From assembly GCA_951406725.2 (NCBI GenBank), contig OX597824.1:7130001-7194000 (forward strand): a stretch of DNA of 64,000 nucleotides, written 5' to 3'. The notes beneath the pieces were generated by a model that saw only the letters and a program-made list of their open reading frames with translations, was not told the DNA's origin and ran no database searches. Source of the stretch: Octopus vulgaris (Eukaryota). Both the position numbers and the translations under genes were made by a program. Of the stretch, positions 13,379 to 26,072 are shown one piece after another. Each line of letters opens with the position of its first letter. Within the stretch, counting starts at the first letter, position 1.

Positions 13379-13517
13379 TTAACCCTTGTGATACCAACCC
13401 GGCTGAAACCTAGTTAATGATAACCAAGTTATTTTACTAAATTTTTTGTTATATTTAAAATTAATTGAAAGAAACACAGAGCATCTCAAAATAAATGCAG
13501 CAACAAGAAAGGGTTAA
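13379..13517 (+). mobile_element. Internally deleted copy of the TTAA MITE
   Basis: TTAACCCTTGTGATACCAACCCGGCTGAAACC ... AAAGGGTTAA. Confidence 0.8.
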
Positions 13518-15552
13518 GGTGACAGAAGAAATGTTTTATGGCGTGACTATGTCTGTGGCACATGAATAACCTTTTCTTAATGCTGGTTGACAGCTGAAAA
13601 TCAGATGCCTTAAATGGGAATTATATATCTGTACAAAGCAAATGTAAATAAAAGTTCAGGAACTGTGAACAAAGATTAGGATTACAGAATAAGTAGATTT
13701 AAACTTTTCTTTTATATTTTCAACTTCCAGTGTAGTTATTTCCTTGTCATCAAAAAAATGCCAATGTAACTCTCGAATACACAAAGTGGATATACTATAT
13801 GTAGATGTAGGTATGTATGAATGCATTGAATGGTCTCCCTCTCCTTTTCTCCATAAATGTACAAATATACATACATACGTACACATACATGCATACATAC
13901 ATTACATATACAAATACATACATATATAACATACAAATACATACATACATATATACATACATCCATACACACATACATAGCATATACAAATATATACATA
14001 CACACATGCATGAATTACATATACAAATACATACATACATACATTATATATACATATACATACATACGTGTGTGTGTGTGTATTCAAACAAATTTATACA
14101 CACATATGCACAAACATATAAACACATACACAAACACAATATATACACAGAGACATACCAGTGTGTGTTTGTGTGTGTGTGTGAGAGAGAGAGAAAGAGA
14201 GGGAGGGAGACCAGTGAGAGAGGGAGAAAGAGAGAGAGAGAGAGAGAGCTTGCAAGAGGTGGGGACCGGGGGGGGGCGGTTTACAATCTGTTGACATAAT
14301 TTCTTTGATGTTTTTTCTGTCAATACCATTTCCGTTCGATCTGAACTGAACAACTATTTGAAATGAATGACAGAATGGCAGATTTCAGAGAAGAACAGTG
14401 GCTCACTTATAATAGCATTTCTTATCAATTACGGAACTTATTCCATACTTCCTAAATAAACAATTTTCATTCCAGGCCACATTTGAAAATAATAATTCTC
14501 TGACTGACCTAAAGACTTATAGGCTTCTGCCCTTACACCATCATCATCGTTTAGCATACACTTTTCCAACCTCAAATGAGTTGGACAGAATTTCCATGGT
14601 CAAACACCCTTGCTTTCTCCAATGGTCACCAGATTCTAAGTAAAGTAATATTTCCAGACATGCTTCGGAAGACTGGAAATGCAGGATGGCAGCCACACTT
14701 GATAAATACTATCGCACAATGTTAAGGAAAAGAGACAGTAACACACACACACACGTGCACACACACACGTGCACACACATACACACATGCACACCTACGT
14801 ATATGTGTATCACATCTATTGACAATGCTTTGGTCAGCTTGGGACCAGGGTAGCAGACATTGGACAAAGCTCCCGTGTGGTTGGAAAGCAGAATTCTTGT
14901 CCCTCAGTTACGCATCTACCTATATCTCAATATTGTATTCCATCCATCAAAGGTTAATTAAAAAAACAAAAAACAAGCACTAATAACATACTTTAAATGC
15001 AATGTATGCCAGAAGGTTTGCAAATCTAATGTAGGCCTCAAAAGACAGACAGACAAACATACATACATACATACATACATACATACATACATACATACAT
15101 ACAGAAACACACACACACACATACATACATACAAACATACAGAAGCACACACACACACACACACACATACACGTACATACATACCTGACATTTGAAGATG
15201 ATTGAGAAAATGTATTAATTGAACTAAAATATTCACAGAAACAAGATAACAACCCTTTAGGGACCAACCCAGTTGACACTACAGCCAGCTCTTTGTTAAA
15301 ACAGAAAAAAACATTCGTTTTCAAAATGTCCATATTTAAATTAAAAACCCTGCAAAATACTAATTATATTGTGGGAGAAGTTCTTTTAGCCAAAACTGTT
15401 AAATACACTTTCCATTTCTCGAGGTGGCAAAACTTTCATTAAAAACATTGACACCTCATTAAATATTTAAGAGAATTTCACAGGTTTTGAGTATTTTTAG
15501 TTGGCTGAGACTGCCCTTCTTCGATGTGTTTGCTGCAGTTTCAATACACAGT

Positions 15553-16332
15553 CATCATCATCATCATCATCATCATCGTTTAACATCTGTTTTCCATGCT
15601 GGCATGGGTCGGATGGTTCGACCGGGGCCTGGGAAGCCAGAAGGCTGCACCAGGCTACAGTCTCATCTGGCAGTGTTTCTACAGCTGGATGCCCTTCCTA
15701 ATGCCAACCACTCCGTGCGTGTAGCAGGTGCTTTTTACATGCCACCGACACAGGGGCCAGAGGAGGCTGGCAAACGGCCACAATCGGTTGGTGCTTTTAC
15801 GTATCACTGACACAGATACCTATTTCTTTATTATCCACAAGGGGCTAAACACAGAGGGGACAAACAAAGACAGACATAGGTATTACGTCGATTACATCAA
15901 CCCCAGTGCGTAACTGGTACTTAATTTATCGACCCCGAAAGGATAAAAGGCAAAGTCGACCTCGGTGGAATTTGAACTCAGAACGTAACGGCAGATGAAA
16001 TACCGCTAAGCATTTCGCCCAATGTGCTAATGTTTCTGCCAGCTCGCCGCCTGGCATCTGGCATCTGCCACGTTCAGACGATGCTTTTTACATGTCACTG
16101 GCACGGGTATCTTAACTACCATTTCCATTTGATTTTTATTTTGATGTTGGTGTTGATGTACTTGACTCAATAGGTCTCCTCAAGAACAGCAAGTCACTGT
16201 ACGATCCAAGGTTAGCACAGCAGGCCGCCCTGCGAGCCATGAACTCACTTCATTTGTAAGGTCTTCACAGTCACAGTATATCTCCGAGGTTTAAGTCTTT
16301 GTCATTTCCTCTTCGAGGCCCCATGTGCCACC
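15553..16332 (-). mobile_element. RTE LINE 3' end with nested SINE
   Basis: (CAT)n tail, RTE 3' UTR, residual coding end at ~16290-16320. Confidence 0.75.
15821..16052 (-). mobile_element. tRNA-derived SINE with Meta-like domain
   Basis: Reverse complement of GGCGGCGAGCTGGCAGAAAC..GAGTTCAAATTCC..GTCGACTTTGCCTTTTATCCTTTCGGGGTCGATAAA. Confidence 0.85.
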
Positions 16333-16552
16333 GGCGAGCTGGCAGAAACGTTAGCAGGCCAGGCAAAATGCGTAGCAGTATTTCGTTCTGAGTTCAAATT
16401 CCACCGAGGTCGACTTTGCCTTTCATCCTTTCGGGGTCGATAAATTCAGTACCAGTTACGCACTGGGGTCGATAGAATCGACTTAATCCGTTTGTCTGTC
16501 CTTGTTTGTCCTCTCTGTGTTTAGCCCCTTGTGGGTAGTAAAGAAATAGGTA
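16333..16552 (+). mobile_element. Meta-like SINE
   Basis: A/B boxes, GTCGACTTTGCCTTTCATCCTTTCGGGGTCGATAAA, tail GTAAAGAAATAGG. Confidence 0.85.
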
Positions 16553-17087
16553 CAGGTAACACAACTACGAAACTGCTCGCTAGACAAATACAACTCTCAA
16601 CATTCTGTAGTAATTTCAAGTGAGATTGCTTTTGTTAAGCTACATTCCAAACAGCAGTCTCATATTGAAAAACTTAATTGCTTTAAAAATAAACAGCTTC
16701 AAATTCTTCATTATACTCAAAATCAATTGAAACTCATATTCCAGTAATATTCCATTAGAAATATGGTAGCAGAAGTGTTACCATATTTTTAATGGTAAAT
16801 TGTTGATAGATTGATAAATCGTGACTACTCCACAAATATCCATTTGGCAACAAACAATTTCAACCCATTAAGTTACCATAATTCTTCAGAAACGTACTTT
16901 GTTTCAATTACTGCCGAAAATAATAAAGAATTTGATGGAATAACTTTGCCATTATTAAGCTGGTGTCTGATACTTGAAGCAATATGAAATTTTGATAAAA
17001 GACTTTAATTCAGATCCCTTTAAGATGGGAAGTTTGTATCACAGAACCAGGCTTGGTCTCAAGTGAGCTGGTTTTGAAAAGGTTATT

Positions 17088-17244
17088 GGCTGTGTGGTAA
17101 GTAGCTTGCTTGTGAACCATATGGTTCCGAGTTCAGTCCCACTGTATGAGCACCTTGGGCAAGTGTCTTCTGCTATAGCCTCAGGCCAATCAAAGCCTTG
17201 TGAGTGGATTTGGTAGATGGAAACTGAAAGAAGCCCATTGCATG

Positions 17245-17318
<74 letters not shown>

Positions 17319-17560
17319 AAGAGAGATGTATGTATGTATGTGTGTGTGTATACCTGTTTGTGTGTCTGTGTTTGTCCCTCTAACATCGCTTGACAACCGA
17401 TGCTGGTGTGTTTACGTCCCCATAACTTAGCGGTTCGGCAAAAAGAGACCAATAGAATAAGTAATAGGCTTACAAAAAATAAGTCCTGCGGTCGAATTGC
17501 TTGACTAAAGGCGGTGCCCCAGCATGGCCACAGTCACATGAGTCAGAAGAAGTAAAAGAG
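17088..17560 (+). mobile_element. CORE-like SINE (OR2-type) with expanded (TA)n(GA)n
   Basis: Family head, core and tail all present. Confidence 0.85.
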
Positions 17561-18304
17561 AATGTAATTATAGTCAGTAATTTAAGATAGGGAAGAGAAA
17601 TGGGCCCTGACCCCAGCTTGAACCACATATCTATTGTTTACTAAATAAGTGTCTTACCAATTACTCTACAAACCACATGTTATTCTGCCTCCTCAGATTC
17701 ATTAGTTTTACATCTGTTCTTTTTTTCTTTTTTTTTGTGTTGGTACAGGTTGGACTGGACAGATACTTATTTTGAGTTAGTATTTGATGGCTGGACACCC
17801 TCCACATCACCCAAGTAAGAGATTTGTTTTGTTTTGTCGTTTTTTTTTTTGTTTCTGTTTGTTTTTTGGGGTTTTTTTTTCCCACCACACTTAAAAGCAG
17901 AGAGCAAGATGTAAAGATCACCAACAGTGTAAACAAATCATTTTTCTTCAGACAGTTTCATGCAGAGAAGTGAAATTGACAACTTCACACACACACACAC
18001 ACACACACACTTTCTCTCTCTCTCTCTAGGTTTTAAACAGTTTAACATCACACCACCAACATCACACACAAGGCATTAGTCATCCTAGACACTCTCGCCC
18101 AATGTTCTACACAACCAGACTGTACTTGATTGTACAATTAGATGCAAAGTGAACCTCAGCCAGTATTACAGACTACAATTTCTTGCTGCTGTATGGCAAT
18201 GCTGTTTTTCTTCATTGGTCATAGTGCTAGTGCATGCATATACAGCTGCGTGCATGCGCGCATACACGCAAGTACTGTCCAAATCTCCAACCAATCACAT
18301 ACAG

Positions 18305-18574
18305 CTAGCTGGCATTCAATTGGCATATCAAGTTTCGGGTATTTTGATTGGGTTTTGGATAGAAAATTCACAAAAAAAGTCACTTCTATTGAATTTTTTA
18401 ATGGCTTTGCGGGGGTGACTGGGGAAATGTAAAGATGTGCACGACCACCCTTGGACGGCTTTGAATGACCATAGAAAGTGCGAGACCTCTAACTGAAAAA
18501 TTGTGAATTTGTATAAAGGACATGCATACACACACACACACAGACATACATTTTGCTATTTATATATAGAGAGA
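18305..18574 (-). mobile_element. Probable second non-autonomous Helitron family
   Basis: Minus strand begins TCTCTCTATATATAAATAGC and ends CTAG; single copy, hairpin degenerate. Confidence 0.45.
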
Positions 18575-18722
18575 TTATTTGTGCTTAATCTTAACCAACA
18601 TAGCAAGGTTAACTAGTAGGAAAAAAAATGGCATAATTTGCGGAGACAGCATGACAGGAACTCCACAATTTAATCAGTGATGTTGTCACCTGACAAGCAA
18701 TAGGCATGTGGTTAGAATTCCA

Positions 18723-18955
18723 AAGGTGGCGAGCTGGCAGAAACATTAGCGCGCTGGGCGAAATGTTTCGCGGCATTTCGTCAGCCGTTATGTTCTGAGT
18801 TCAAATTCCCCCGAGGTCGACTTTGCCTTTCATCCTTTCGGGGTCGATTAAATAAGTACCAGTTACACACTGGGGCTGATATAATCGACTTAATCCGTTT
18901 GTCTTTCCTTGTTTGTTCTCTCTGTATTTAGCCCCCTGTGGGTAGTAAAGAAATA
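18723..18955 (+). mobile_element. Full-length Meta-like SINE with 13-bp TSD
   Basis: TSD GGTTAGAATTCCA at 18710-18722 and 18956-18968. Confidence 0.9.
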
Positions 18956-19304
18956 GGTTAGAATTCCATTGTGGTGCTGGCATCACCTTTTGTCTCCAAT
19001 ACATGCATACGATGTCTAATATAATTTATATTAAAGTTTTGGAAGTCAATTAATAATTATAAAGATATTTAACAATAAAACTTACAAAAGCCAATATAGG
19101 TAAATTGGTAATGGGCAACATGCAGCTGAAATTGGAATAGATTCCCACTACATTTACAGGTGGAATTAAAATAAAATATCCAAATGTCAAAAAATATCTT
19201 TATTTGACATTTGTGAATCACAAATGCAGAAAAGTCTCACTTTCCAATATAATCTATATCCAATAAATATTCTTAAAACTAGTAGTAAAGGTAATAATAA
19301 TAAT

Positions 19305-19492
19305 AAGAGGAAGAAGTAGAAGAAGAAGAAGAACAACAACAACAAGAAAAGGAGGAGAAGAAGAAGAAGAAAAAGAAGGAAAAGGAGACGGAAGAGGAAA
19401 GAGAAGGAGAAGGAGAAGAAGAAGAAGGAGGAGAAGAAGAAGAAGAAGGAGGTGGAAGAGGAAGAAGAAGAAGAAGAAGAAGGAGGAGGAGA
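19305..19492. repeat. (GAA/GGA)n purine trinucleotide tract
   Basis: Direct inspection. Confidence 0.9.
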
Positions 19493-19940
19493 GTCCCAAT
19501 TGATATAGATGTATCTGTCAAGAAGCACCAAAAACTGAGCAAATATAAAGATCTTGAAATAGAAATTAGCAAAATGTGGAACCTGAAGACTAAAACAATA
19601 CCTGTTGTCATAAGTGCCCTAGGAATGATAGCGAAAGGGGCTGACTGCTACCTAGCTCAGATACAAGGAAACCCCCAAAATAGCAGAAATTCAAAAGATA
19701 GTGCTCATCGGAACTGCCCATATCGTACGCAAAATACTTTCTATGTAATCTCAAGTTTTAAAACAAACACAATTTTTTTATGGTTTCTTAAAGATTCTCT
19801 AGAACAAGACTAAGTACAAAAACAAATATAGGGCGCCCTAGTTATAACACCAACATGAACTTCTAGCTTGTTGTCTCTTGAGGTCGCTGGGTGAGACTTG
19901 GAGTCAACTTGTACAAATGTAAATCAAAAGTCAAACATAA

Positions 19941-19992
<52 letters not shown>
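19493..19992 (+). mobile_element. 5'-truncated R4/Dong-clade non-LTR retrotransposon (RLE endonuclease C-terminus, 3' UTR, (TAA)n)
   Basis: Translates PIDIDVSVKKHQKLSKYKDLEIEISKMWNLKTKTIPVVISALGMI..., then after a +1 frameshift KIAEIQKIVLIGTAHIVRKILSM*; ends in (TAA)n. Confidence 0.85.
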
Positions 19993-21526
19993 GCAACAAT
20001 AATAAACAAAATAAAACAAAGCAACTAATCAGAACAGCCATAGTATTTCCCAGAACCATAAATGGAAATTGCTTTTCTTTTCTATTACCGATTTCTTTAA
20101 ATATCTCAGTAAGTAAATGTAAATAAAATGTAATCAGAAATAAAACAACTTGAGACAAACAGCTGTTCTACATATTTCCATTCCGACCACCCCTCGGCCA
20201 ACCATTCTCCTCCCCCACCCAAAAAAATATATCAACACAATATACCCCCTCCCCTCTCCTTCTCCTATGCTATGATAAACACAATAGGAAATTGAATGCC
20301 ACACTTAGTCTTTCTGCATGGTTGATTATTGGACTCTATGTTTTGTTGATAAATTCAACAACAGCCATCACCTGAAACATATTATCAACATACCTGTGTT
20401 TTATTATTCTCTCACCTTGCTTTTTTTTTGTTCTGTTTTTTTTTTCTGTTTTTTTTTTTTGTTTCTTTTTTTACCCCCCACCAATTTTCCACTTATCAAA
20501 TGCAAGACAACTTCTAATGAGAAAACTTCTACACTGAAGAGGGGGAAAAAAATGAAAAAAAAAATCCACAAAACATTTGAGAATGCTGTGTTTTTTCAAT
20601 ATGAGTTATGTTAAAGAAACATTTTCTCAAAATAGGGAAATAATATATATTCCACGATTTTGAGTTTAGATTATAAATAAAAGAATTGTTGAAATGACAC
20701 CAACAGGAAAAGATCAAATATTGGAATGACACCAACATAAAAACGACCAATTATCACTCAGTGTTTAAGTATAATTTTTCTTTAACCCTTTGCCGGTCCA
20801 AAGCATTTTTATAATTTTGGAAAAAAATCTGAAAATGTCCATGCTTGTTTTCAGATTTTTAGTTATTCCTTGTTTCTTCAATAACTCTGAAATTATTCTG
20901 GTGAAAAAAGACAAGGAAAGAGTATCACATATGATGCAGGGATGCCAGAGAAATATGACCTGTGTATCACAGGCAATACACGGGATAGGCAAATGGTGAA
21001 CCATGCAACAATGCAAAACTGATTTCTTCTATCATCATCATCATCATCATTTAGTATCCATTGTCCATGCTGACACGAGCTGGACAGTTTGACCAGGTTG
21101 CACCAGACTCCAATCTGATTCAGCATGGCTTTTATGGCTGGACGCCCTTCCTAAGAAAAAATTATGGAAGCAATGTTAATTTTAATTAATGACAGTGAAA
21201 CACCATATTCTGAGACACCATAATTCTAAATGTATGGAATGCACCATCGTGGTTCCATACCTCACTTATGGGGTTTCAACTTCCACAAATAAAATTCCCA
21301 ATATGCTTTTTTTTTTAATGCTTGAAAAAATTACACTTTTTTTCTACTCCTCATCATCATTTTAACATCCACTCTTCTGTGCTTGCATGGATCAGGTGAA
21401 AATTCCTTGAAGCAGATTTTCTATGGCAAGTAAGGTAAATGTTTCTTTTAGTCATTTCAGTACAAGCAACACAATGCCTGGCCTTCGTTTCCTAGAAGAC
21501 TGCAAACAAATAACACTCTTTTTGTA

Positions 21527-21775
21527 TACAGTTCTATATACAGGAATACGGCGTAGCAGTTAAGAGCACGGGCTACTAACCCCAAGATTCCGAGTTCAAT
21601 TCCAAATAGTGACCTGAACAATAACAATAATAATAATAATAATTACAACATCGAAAAATACCTTAGTAATGAGAACCCAGGTTTGAAATTTCCCCAAGAC
21701 AACTGATGAAGGCTGGAGGGTGTATCAGCCGAAACCTTGTGTTAGCAACAAACAAGATGAGGACAAATATCCATC
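21527..21775 (+). mobile_element. tRNA-headed SINE-like element carrying a hammerhead motif
   Basis: A-box CGGCGTAGCAG, B-box GAGTTCAATTCC, (TAA)n linker, hammerhead core; second copy at 48889-49087. Confidence 0.75.
21698..21743 (+). ncRNA. Minimal type I hammerhead ribozyme motif (slightly mutated)
   Basis: CUGAUGA-A-GGCUG(loop)CAGCC-GAAAC-CUU-GUGUU; perfect 5-bp stem II; stems I and III imperfect. Confidence 0.65.
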
Positions 21776-22944
21776 ATAACCAGTGAGTTTGTTTACAATC
21801 AGACACAATATTGCACACACACAGAATGGGCTTTTAGTTTCTTTTCCCCAAACTTTACTCACAAAGGAAATGTACACCCAGTCACATATACATGTACACA
21901 CACACATAATGGGTTTCTAGTTTAATTTTACCAAATTTCACCTCACACAGTATTGGCCAAGTCATGATTCCAGTAAAGAATACCAGCTGGCAGTATATCC
22001 ATGCACTTCAACTGAACCCTTAACCATATAACTCTAAAATGAACTTCTTGAACACACAGCTGTGCCTGCATCCGCATGCTTGTGTGTGTGTCTGTGTATC
22101 TGTGTGTCTGTGCATGCGTGCACGCATGTGCCTGTGTATGTGTGAATGCTTGTCTCTATGTCCAATAATGCTCGAAAAACCAGTGACTCTTTTTACGCCC
22201 AATAACTTAGATGCGCAACCGACAGGGATCTCTAAGAGAAGTACCAATCTTAAATATGAAATATTGGAGCTGATAAAATCAACTAAAACCCTATAAGGCA
22301 GTACCCCAATATTATTTTATTCTTTTACTTGCTTCAGTCATTTGACTGTGACCATGCTGGAGCACTGCCTTTAATATGGCCATAGTCCAGTAACTGAAAC
22401 AAACAAAAACACTAAATGAGTATAATACTATATACTCCTGTATACCCACCATCTTTAAAAAAAAAAAACAGTACAGTGTGATTTGAAAGGGATTTGGCTA
22501 TTGTTTCTAACAAGGTGAGCAACAACATGCAGATTCCTTAGGGGTTCAAGAGAGAAAATAGATAGAAATTTGTTTTTAAAAATAATTGCATTTCTTTGTT
22601 TCATGCCATTCCAAATTGAAATCAAGATTTTGGTGATAATGTAATAAACAAATGCAAAAATAATGTTTTCATTAATTTATTTTGCAAACACATCCAGAAC
22701 TGCAAAATAAATTCCAGTTAATGTCCACATTGTAATTTATTATCTAGCAATATATTAATTAATCTTGAACAAAGAAGAGGAAATAAACCGTTTTAAAGGC
22801 CTAATATAGTTTAAGTTTTAATTTGATGAATGTAATTAACCAGAGTTTCGTGTGTATTTATCAAGAGGCTTATTAATGGAATCTATAAACAGAAAAATAC
22901 ATATTAGAGTAAGAATTAGAGATGATGAATTGACAGAAATGTTA

Positions 22945-23378
22945 GAGTGTAGGAGTGGCTGTGTGGTAAGTAGCTTGCTTACGAAAAACATGGTTCCGGG
23001 TTCAGTCCCATTGCATGGCACCTTGGGCAAGTGTTGTCTATTATAGCCTCAGGCTGACCAAAGCCTTGAGAGTGGATTTGGTAGACAGAAACTGAAAGAA
23101 GCCCGTCGTATATATGTATATATATATATATATATATATGCATGTGTGTGTGTGTGTATATGTTTGTGTGCCTGTGTTTGTCCCCATAGCATTGCTTGAC
23201 AACCGATGCTGGTGTGTTTACATCCCCGTAACTTAGTGGTTCAGCAAAAGAGACCAATAGAATAAGTACTAGGCTTACAAAGAATAAGCCCTGGGGTCGC
23301 TTTGCTCGACTAAAGGCTGTGCTCCAGTATGGCCACAGTCAGATGACTGAAACAAGTAAAAGAGGAAAAGAGAGTAAA
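22945..23378 (+). mobile_element. Full-length CORE-like SINE (OR2-type)
   Basis: Head, core, microsatellite and AAAAGAG tail. Confidence 0.9.
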
Positions 23379-24077
23379 GAAAGTGTTGGATAGAATGCTT
23401 AGCTGTGTTTGTTCTAACCCACAGTGCACTGAGTTCAAACCCAGCCAAAGTTGGCTTTGTTATTCCTTTTGGGATCAGTAAATAATTACTTACAGATGCT
23501 GTACAGTGAATAGGCAGGACTGTATGAAAATCAAATCATATGTCCCGTGGTATTTGTTCCTGCTCATTGCATTCCAAGTTCAAATCCTACCTCAACTTAC
23601 TTGAGTGATTGACATAATCTGATTCCCAGTTTAGCATCGCCAGAGAGCAACTGGAGTGTTCTATCACAGAGAAGGTCCACTCTTCTTGAAGCATCCAGGT
23701 CAGCTCTTCACTTTAAAGATACCTTTTCCCCACTTCCACCAGTCTAAGAGTTACTGAAAAGGACCACAGCCACTGCCCTTCGCTTCCTGATTAAAAGATG
23801 AAGAATTCAATTATTTAAATCTTGAGTGTCCAATTGAAATCACTGTTTCCCTTTGTGTATTGACAGAAATCAAACAGAACTAAGACACGTCTTCAATCAC
23901 AATTACCATATTCTTGTGTATATTGACTATAAATCAATGAGAATTCTAATAATAATGGTATAAAAACCAGGAAGCTCATAGTTCAAGTAAGAATTCAATA
24001 CATGTGTTTGATAAGGTGGACATATTTATTAGCAAACAGCCCTACGAAGCGCTCGGTCTGTTTCAACAGGTCCATCG

Positions 24078-24557
24078 ATAGAAATAATATATTTCTAAAT
24101 CTCTCAGAGAGATTTGTGCAGTAGCAGCACGATAAAGTGATAGTGTGTTGTCAACTTAATGTGACAGTCCCATAAAAGGGAAGAATGCTACTGTTATTTA
24201 GCCCTAGGAAACACCGTTTCCTGTTGGACTCGACACATTTCCTGAGAGATTTAGAAATATATTATTTCTATTTTCAAAAATCAGTGAATGTATTTCAATT
24301 GAAAAATATGTTTTCAAAGGTGAATAGGCATCAACAGCCAGCAAGCCATGCTACTCCAGACTGATGATGAGCAATGAGTCTGAAACTAGTCTCTGGATGC
24401 TGGCTTTGCTGGGTGGAGGCGCTTATCTCAACTTTGAAAACATAAGGACACAAGAAATGTGTCAAGTCCAACAGGAAACGGTGTTTCCTTGGGCTAAATA
24501 ACAGTAGCACTCTTCTCTTTTATGGGACTGTCACATTAAGTTGACAACATACTATCA
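24078..24557 (+). mobile_element. Hammerhead-containing foldback element (non-autonomous Penelope-like / retrozyme-like)
   Basis: 104-bp inverted arms 24138-24241 and 24454-24557; 30-bp inverted repeat 24078-24107 and 24242-24271; central hammerhead. Confidence 0.75.
24355..24397 (+). ncRNA. Type I hammerhead ribozyme
   Basis: Stem I UCCAGA/UCUGGA, core CUGAUGA...GAAAC, palindromic stem III ACUAGU, GUC cleavage triplet (24389-24391); stem II weak. Confidence 0.75.
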
Positions 24558-24599
24558 GGTCTATTGATGCTGTATATATATAGATAAGTACCAACATAC

Positions 24600-24644
<45 letters not shown>

Positions 24645-24729
24645 TTTGATAGAATATGCAACCAACAAATGCAAGTTCACATGTTCAAATTCTACAATCC
24701 GCTTTCTATAAACAGTATGTTTTATTATC

Positions 24730-25017
24730 ATAGCTGTGGCCAGTGCCCCCTGACTGGCTTCCATGCCAGTGGCACATAAAAAAGCACTATCCAAATGAGA
24801 TCAATGCCAGTGCCCCCTGATTGGCTCCTGTGCCAGTTGCACGTAAAAAGCACCCACTACACTCTCAGAGTGGTTGGCATTAGGAAGGGCATCCAGCTGT
24901 AGAAACATTGCCAGATCAGATTGGAGCCTGGTGCAGCTGCTGGCTCTCCAGACATCAGTCAAACCATCCAACCCATGCCAGCATGGAAAACGGATGTTAA
25001 ATGATGATGATGATGAT
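24730..25017 (+). mobile_element. RTE LINE 3' end
   Basis: GTGGTTGGCATTAGGAAGGGCATCCAGCTGTAGAAAC...(GAT)n. Confidence 0.85.
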
Positions 25018-25682
25018 ATAAACATATCTAAGTTTGGAACCACTAAGTTAATAATACAATGATGACAAAGAATTGGGCCAAGAAACCTAAAAATTTGTGT
25101 TTTCAAGAATAATTTCCTTGACTTTTGAATTAACGTTAGTAGACTTAAAAACACAATGGATAATTAGAAATCAAAATTAGGCTGAAAAAAAAACAGTTTG
25201 AAAGTCGTTAACTAAATAAACGTCAACAATCGTTTACACCATCAAAGGGTTAAACGAGTGCAAAAGGAAATATGGTTCCTCTCTTCTCAAATATTTCAAA
25301 CTGATATCGAATTTTCTCAGCAAGCATGCGTTTCTTCAAGCAACAAAATAGGGGTGGGGGAGAAGGGAAAGGCGACAAGCAATTTTTTGCCTTTTTTTTA
25401 AAAAATATTTTTTCGATTTTCCTTTTCTTTTACGATTTTCTTTTTCGATTTTTTTTTTCTTTTTTTTACATTAGTTTGTAGTTAAATATGAAGTAGATGG
25501 AAATTCAGAATGCTATGAACAGCAATATTAGAAGCAGTTCTCTAATAAATGCTGCCGTTTTTTTCTCCTCGTAATTGCATCACTGATTTGTGTGTTTTCA
25601 AATAAATTGCTTATAGTGAACTTCTTACTTCTTAAAGGCAACATACAACAACAACAAAAATAAAACCAAAACAAAACAACAT

Positions 25683-25714
25683 GTGTATATATATATACAC
25701 ACACACACATATAT

Positions 25715-25773
<59 letters not shown>

Positions 25774-25892
25774 TATATATATATACATAAATATATATAT
25801 ATACATAAATATATATACATATATATACATAAATATATATACATATATATGTACATAAATATATATACATATATATGTACATAAATATATAT

Positions 25893-25959
<67 letters not shown>

Positions 25960-25997
25960 AACAGATAGATAGATGGATAGATAGATAGATAGATAAG

Positions 25998-26062
<65 letters not shown>

Positions 26063-26072
26063 GTATAGATAT
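25683..26072. repeat. Compound microsatellite (TA)n/(CA)n/(GATA)n
   Basis: Direct inspection. Confidence 0.95.

Noticed and set aside
15185-15290. Exon-like minus-strand segment ELAVVSTGLVPKGLLSCFCEYFSSINTFSQSSSNV
   Set aside because: The donor is supplied by a (TATG)n repeat and I recognise no homology
21543-21613. tRNA-like sequence as a real tRNA gene
   Set aside because: Acceptor stem is disrupted and the sequence continues into a repeated element body, so it is treated as a SINE head
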